A stretch of 37,070 bases of DNA, from IMG/VR virus record IMGVR_UViG_3300017655_000014, positions 1-37,070 of that record. One strand, written 5' to 3'. The stretch is from a virus (lineage: Duplodnaviria; Caudoviricetes). This document shows, piece by piece, positions 33,469-37,070 of this stretch. The position numbers and the translations under genes are program-made. Numbering within the stretch: the first letter of the stretch is position 1; each line of letters begins with the position of its first letter. A model generated the notes under the pieces. The model saw nothing but the letters and a program-made list of their open reading frames with translations. It did no database searches and was not told the origin of the DNA.

Positions 33469-34070
33469 GCAGACACTCAGTCCATCCAACTCACCGAAGC
33501 CGCCCCAATGGAGCTTCCATCTCGGAATCGATAAGAGTGCTGGCACTCCGGACACTTGGCGAAGCGCTTCTTGTCGCCGTCAAACTGGAGTATCGACTTC
33601 ACACCTCGGTTGTCGCGACAGCCGGGACAAAGGTAATGCTCTGGCTCTCCGTTCCTGGCCGATTCTTCTACCAAAAGGGCATAGGTTCCGGGATAGGGTT
33701 CGACCAATTTATAGCGCTCAAAGTCTCGATTGCGTTTTTCAAGTTTTCTTACCTGTTCTTCAAGATCACGCATGCGAGCCAGATGCGCGCCCTCGCGCTC
33801 GGTGGCCTGCGCAGCCTTCTCCTGCATGGCGAGCACATGGGCGCCGACATGCGCAAGCTGAACCGTCAGTTCATTGGTAGCCGCCGCGATCTTCGCATCA
33901 TCGAGCGTTTGTACTGCCGCCTTGTAGGCGCCGAGACCTTGGGTGAGGGTCGAGATCATATTCAAAACGTCCATGGAAGCCTCCTGTCTGGTGATGAATC
34001 GATTGGTGTAGGAGCCACCGATTCTACCGGCGGGAGCGCTTCCACCAAAATCCCCGAGGAGCGGGTATGA
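33465..34070 (+). CDS. Possible bridging ORF antisense to the moron (201 aa)
   Basis: Has a GAGGAG RBS and ATGA overlaps with both the cro stop and the cII start; no recognisable domain. Confidence 0.35.
   Translation: MSRHSVHPTHRSRPNGASISESIRVLALRTLGEALLVAVKLEYRLHTSVVATAGTKVMLWLSVPGRFFYQKGIGSGIGFDQFIALKVSIAFFKFSYLFFKITHASQMRALALGGLRSLLLHGEHMGADMRKLNRQFIGSRRDLRIIERLYCRLVGAETLGEGRDHIQNVHGSLLSGDESIGVGATDSTGGSASTKIPEERV
33477..33974 (-). CDS. Moron: coiled-coil plus Zn-ribbon protein, antisense between cro and cII
   Basis: AGGAGG RBS; own -10 TAGAAT (34026-34021); coiled coil then HYLCPGC...KSILQ...CPEC. Confidence 0.75.
   Translation of the reverse strand: MDVLNMISTLTQGLGAYKAAVQTLDDAKIAAATNELTVQLAHVGAHVLAMQEKAAQATEREGAHLARMRDLEEQVRKLEKRNRDFERYKLVEPYPGTYALLVEESARNGEPEHYLCPGCRDNRGVKSILQFDGDKKRFAKCPECQHSYRFRDGSSIGAASVSWMD
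34054..34070 (+). repeat. 17-bp direct repeat, right copy
   Basis: CCGAGGAGCGGGTATGA, paired with 33452-33468. Confidence 0.8.
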
Positions 34071-34384
34071 ACGAATCATCGCCCGCAGCCGGTGAAAGAG
34101 CACGCAAGGCTCACACCCTGGCGTTGCAGCGTATTTCACGCATTGGGCAGGCCACCGTAGCCCAGGAGGTCGGCGTATCGCCGGCGACGGTATCGCGCTT
34201 CGTCAGCGAACCCGACGGCCTGGAGCGTGCGTGCAAGGTGCTGGCGGCCGTGGGCCTGAAGGTTGTGCCGGTGACGATGCAATGCTTTCCACCCGAGAAA
34301 GTGGCCATCTTCATGACGCTGGCGCGCGACCACTTGAACTATCTGCAGCGGCCCGAGCAGCTGGCTTTTGAGGATGACGAGTGA
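34067..34384 (+). CDS. cII: CII-like transcriptional activator
   Basis: ARK.....L.....GQ..VA...GVS..TVSR......E....LA..GLKVVP....C pattern of the lambda CII family; position after cro. Confidence 0.75.
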   Translation: MNESSPAAGERARKAHTLALQRISRIGQATVAQEVGVSPATVSRFVSEPDGLERACKVLAAVGLKVVPVTMQCFPPEKVAIFMTLARDHLNYLQRPEQLAFEDDE

Positions 34385-35196
34385 GCATCTCCCTAATGAC
34401 CCTCGCCTGGAAATCAGACTTGCCCACCGGACGCAAGATGGTATTGCTCGCGCTATGCGACAACGCGAACGATCGGGGCGAGTGTTTTCCGTCCATTCCG
34501 ATGCTTGCCGAGAAGTGCAGCATGGGCGAAAGAACCGTCCAGCAGCACATCGCTGACCTGGTTTCCGAGGGCATCATTTCGCGCCAAATGAGGGCAGGGC
34601 GCAGCACTTTTTACTTCATCGACCCCCGCAGAATCTGCACCCCCACCCCCGCAGAATCTGCACCACACCCCCGCGAAATTCGCACCCCCGCAGAATCTGC
34701 ACCCCCGCAGATTTCGCACCCCACCCCCGCAGATTTCGCACCATCACCCCCGCAGATTTCGCACCCCACCCCCGCAGATTTCGCACCCATAACCATCAAG
34801 GAACCATCAATAGAACCGTCAGGTAACCATCATAAGCGCGACAAGCCCGCGCCGAGCTCGTTCGAACCGCTGGCCTACCTGGCCGAAAACGGGGTCGACG
34901 AGCAGGTCGCCAAGGACTGGCTGAAGCTGCGAAAGGCCAGGAAAGCAGAGCCGACGAAAACCGCGATCGATGGCCAGGCCCGTGAGGCGAAAAAGGCCGG
35001 GCTGTCGCTGCAGGAAGCGCTGGCGATGTCTTGCGAACGTGGCTGGCAGGGGTTCAAGGCCGAGTGGGTGGCCGGAGGGCAGGCGCGCGCATCGCCGCCA
35101 GGGCAGCAGCAAGCCCAGCAACGCTTTGGCCGAGCTGGCCAGATCACCGCGATGAACGCCCAAAAATGGCTGGAGGAACAGGATGCAACCGACTGA
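34381..35196 (+). CDS. Replication initiator protein
   Basis: K.VLLAL.D.AND.G.C.PS...LA..C....RTV...I..L...G.I N-terminal wHTH; internal iterons; DW...RK.....T......WQGF...W C-terminal domain. Confidence 0.85.
   Translation: MSISLMTLAWKSDLPTGRKMVLLALCDNANDRGECFPSIPMLAEKCSMGERTVQQHIADLVSEGIISRQMRAGRSTFYFIDPRRICTPTPAESAPHPREIRTPAESAPPQISHPTPADFAPSPPQISHPTPADFAPITIKEPSIEPSGNHHKRDKPAPSSFEPLAYLAENGVDEQVAKDWLKLRKARKAEPTKTAIDGQAREAKKAGLSLQEALAMSCERGWQGFKAEWVAGGQARASPPGQQQAQQRFGRAGQITAMNAQKWLEEQDATD
34622..34787 (+). repeat. Iterons / replication origin within the initiator gene
   Basis: Eight copies of ACCCCCGC(AGAATCT|GAAATTC|AGATTTC)GCA starting at about 34622, 34645, 34667, 34684, 34701, 34723, 34746 and 34768, followed by an A-rich stretch. 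Confidence 0.85.
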
Positions 35197-35836
35197 CAAA
35201 AAACGATTTTTGACGCTGATGACCGGCATTGCCGACTACTACGGCAAGGAGCTGTCGCCGTCGGTGATTTCGCTCTACTGGCAGGGGCTTTTGCAGTTCG
35301 ACCTGGACGCCGTCGAGAAGGCGCTGTGGGCGCACACGCAGAACCCGGACACCGGGCAGTTCATGCCGAAAATTGCGGACGTCGCGCGCATGCTGACCGG
35401 AACCACCCAGGACTCGGCGCTGGTTGCCTGGGCGAAGGTTGACCGCGGCGTGCGCCAGGTCGGCACCTACGCGGACGTGGTGTTCGACGATCCGCTGATC
35501 CACCGCGTGCTGCACGACATGGGCGGGTGGGTCGGCCTGGGCATGAAGACCGACCAGGACTGGCCCTTCGTCGCGCGCGAGTTCGAAAACCGGTACCGCG
35601 GCTACCGGATGCGCAACGAGTGCCCGGAGTACCCGGCGGTGCTGATCGGGATTGCCGGTGCGCACAACCGCAAAGGCGGCTTTCGCCTGGCGCCGCCGAC
35701 CCTGATCGGGAATGCTGAATCTGCGCAGGCCGTAATGCTGAGCGGAACCGACAAGCCGCTGATCGGGATATCTACGGCGGGCGAAATCGTCGATCGGCTG
35801 CGGCTGGTCGACGACTCCGGATCTAAGGCCGCCTGA
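35183..35836 (+). CDS. Replication accessory protein (helicase loader/inhibitor-like, DUF6475-like)
   Basis: F.P..AD.....A..AW..V...V..VG.Y..V.FDDP.IH..L..MGGW pattern; position after the initiator. Confidence 0.65.
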   Translation: MQPTDKKRFLTLMTGIADYYGKELSPSVISLYWQGLLQFDLDAVEKALWAHTQNPDTGQFMPKIADVARMLTGTTQDSALVAWAKVDRGVRQVGTYADVVFDDPLIHRVLHDMGGWVGLGMKTDQDWPFVAREFENRYRGYRMRNECPEYPAVLIGIAGAHNRKGGFRLAPPTLIGNAESAQAVMLSGTDKPLIGISTAGEIVDRLRLVDDSGSKAA

Positions 35837-36030
35837 TGTGCGGACGTCGACCATGCGCAGACCCTGCGTGCACCTGGAGCGAGGCATACCGCGCGCAGTC
35901 CGAAGCAAGGGCGGTGCTGGCGATGGAGTTCTCGGCGCGCCGGCCGTACCTGGACCTGGTCGAGAAAAAGCGAGGCACCGCTGCACGGCAGGAGCTGGAG
36001 AGGGAAATCATCAGGCAGTACCGGGCGTAA
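35836..36030 (+). CDS. Hypothetical protein
   Basis: TGATG coupling; SEAYR...EAR.VL......R..YL..V.KKRG..A...L pattern. Confidence 0.6.
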   Translation: MCGRRPCADPACTWSEAYRAQSEARAVLAMEFSARRPYLDLVEKKRGTAARQELEREIIRQYRA

Positions 36031-36033
36031 CGC

Positions 36034-36051
36034 GCGCGTGCGCATTTGGAG
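36034..36051 (+). repeat. 18-bp direct repeat, left copy
   Basis: GCGCGTGCGCATTTGGAG versus GCGCGTGCGCATTTTGAG at 36643-36660 (17/18 identical). Confidence 0.75.
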
Positions 36052-36086
36052 CGAGTTTTCGAGGCACGACAACCAAGGAGATGACG

Positions 36087-36626
36087 ATGAATTTTAAAGA
36101 ACTCAAGGCCCGCATCAGGCTTGCGTGGCAAATCCTAAAAAATCGGGATGGGAACGACGTTTCTCATGCCCAACATGAGCTTCATGTGCTCGGATACTTT
36201 GACGGCGACGAAATAAATGCGCTCATGGCTGAGTGCGTGCTCGACCTGATTCGTACGTTGTCAACGCAAGGCCACAGCGGACACAGCGCAAGCTTCTGCC
36301 GATCGCTTTTCGCCAAAGCGGCCGCCTTTGAGCCGCTCGGCCCATTAACCGGCGCGGATTCGGAGTGGGTGGATGTGGGCGAGCAAAACGGAAACCCGCT
36401 GTATCAGAACAAGCGATGCGGCCATGTTTTTAAGGAGGGGGACCGCGCATACGACATCGATGGAGTGGTGTTCGAGGAGCCAGATGGTGCGCGCTTCACT
36501 GGTCGCCATAGCCGCGTTCCCGTGACATTCCCCTATGTGCCAAGAACCGTTCTTGCGAAGGTCGCGGCTGATGCCACCGACGAGGACAAGATGCTGGCAG
36601 CTCAGCATGCGCTTGCGACGGCATGA
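36087..36626 (+). CDS. Conserved phage protein (QGHSG.SA / PLTG.D.EW / QNKRC motifs)
   Basis: AAGGAG RBS; the motifs recur in phage hypothetical proteins. Confidence 0.72.
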   Translation: MNFKELKARIRLAWQILKNRDGNDVSHAQHELHVLGYFDGDEINALMAECVLDLIRTLSTQGHSGHSASFCRSLFAKAAAFEPLGPLTGADSEWVDVGEQNGNPLYQNKRCGHVFKEGDRAYDIDGVVFEEPDGARFTGRHSRVPVTFPYVPRTVLAKVAADATDEDKMLAAQHALATA

Positions 36627-36642
36627 GAGCCGCCGATTACCA

Positions 36643-36660
36643 GCGCGTGCGCATTTTGAG
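36643..36660 (+). repeat. 18-bp direct repeat, right copy
   Basis: Paired with 36034-36051; runs into the RBS of the next small gene. Confidence 0.75.
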
Positions 36661-36669
36661 GGGATGGAT

Positions 36670-36786
36670 ATGTTCGAATTTCTGAAAACGCTGGGCTACA
36701 TCGTCGGCGTCGCGGCGTTCATCATCGGCAGCGCGATCCTGGCCGGAAAATTCATCGCAGCCGGACGCGGGGATGACGATGACTGA
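36670..36786 (+). CDS. Tiny single-TM protein
   Basis: GAGGGG RBS; MFEFLKTLGYIVGVAAFIIGSAILAGKFIAAGRGDDDD. Confidence 0.5.
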   Translation: MFEFLKTLGYIVGVAAFIIGSAILAGKFIAAGRGDDDD

Positions 36787-37070
36787 TCCGATCACGCTGG
36801 TGCTGCCATATCCCGTGGGCCGCAAGTTTGGGCGCTTGACTGCCCTTTCTCGGGCCGAAAATGACAGATTCGGGCGCACCCAGTGGAACTGCCGATGCGA
36901 CTGCGGCGCTGAGCGTGTGGTAGCACTGTTTCGCATGAGAAGTGGACACACGAAATCATGTGGGTGCATCAAGGGCGAGGCACGCGCCACACATCGCGGC
37001 AAGGGAACACGCGAACACAATTCCTGGTGCGCCATGAAGCAACGATGCAACTACCCAAAGCATTGGCAGT
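36779..37070 (+). CDS. HNH endonuclease, N-terminal part (continues across the junction to 440)
   Basis: MTDPITLVLPYPVGRKFGRLT...WNCRCDCG...SGHTKSCGC...W.AMKQRC; in frame with 87..440. Confidence 0.82.
   Translation, partial: MTDPITLVLPYPVGRKFGRLTALSRAENDRFGRTQWNCRCDCGAERVVALFRMRSGHTKSCGCIKGEARATHRGKGTREHNSWCAMKQRCNYPKHWQ
36948..37070. repeat. Terminal direct repeat, right copy (circular overlap)
   Basis: Identical to 1-123. Confidence 0.95.

Noticed and set aside
34622-34787. Repeat cluster as a CRISPR array
   Set aside because: Units are separated by only 0-6 nt with no unique spacers and lie inside the initiator ORF, which fits iterons.
34701-34787. Shared AGATTTCG between the iterons and the late-promoter box
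   Set aside because: Only 8 nt match, the flanking palindromes differ and other iteron variants lack it; probably coincidence.
36948-37070. 123-bp terminal repeat as a T7-style biological direct terminal repeat
   Set aside because: It falls in the middle of an HNH coding sequence, so it is better explained as an assembly overlap of a circular or permuted genome.

Overview
The window is one apparently complete, circular temperate podovirus genome with a unit length of 36,947 bp. Bases 1-123 repeat at 36948-37070, and an HNH gene reads in frame across that junction. The architecture is BPP-1/epsilon15-like. The late module is T7-like: portal, scaffold, capsid, cement protein, tubular tail A/B, GNAT, four ejection proteins, TerS/TerL, a beta-helix tailspike and holin/endolysin/spanins. 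An intact attP matches a tRNA-Ser 3' end and sits beside a P4-type integrase and an AlpA-type excisionase. The early region is lambdoid, with a RecT-like annealase, a Cas4/RecB-like exonuclease, a cI/cro/cII switch with five 15-bp operators, an initiator gene carrying iterons, and RusA. The host is probably a high-GC beta- or gamma-proteobacterium, judged from a CTGT-N8-ACAG SOS box. Main observations: (1) a LexA-box-controlled 67-aa ORF antisense to a non-cleavable repressor that resembles the repressor's own C-terminal helices, suggesting a mimic antirepressor; (2) a tail-fibre-anchor-like domain inserted in TerL; (3) twin hairpins with the same asymmetric internal loop in the capsid mRNA leader; (4) three identical 20-bp late-promoter boxes; (5) an antisense moron between cro and cII, flanked by a 17-bp duplication and bridged by a fully open, translationally coupled sense ORF; (6) HNH genes that appear to have taken over the 5' ends of resident genes; (7) a PBECR-like nuclease domain in an ejection protein. 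All family assignments come from motif recognition by eye; no database search was run.
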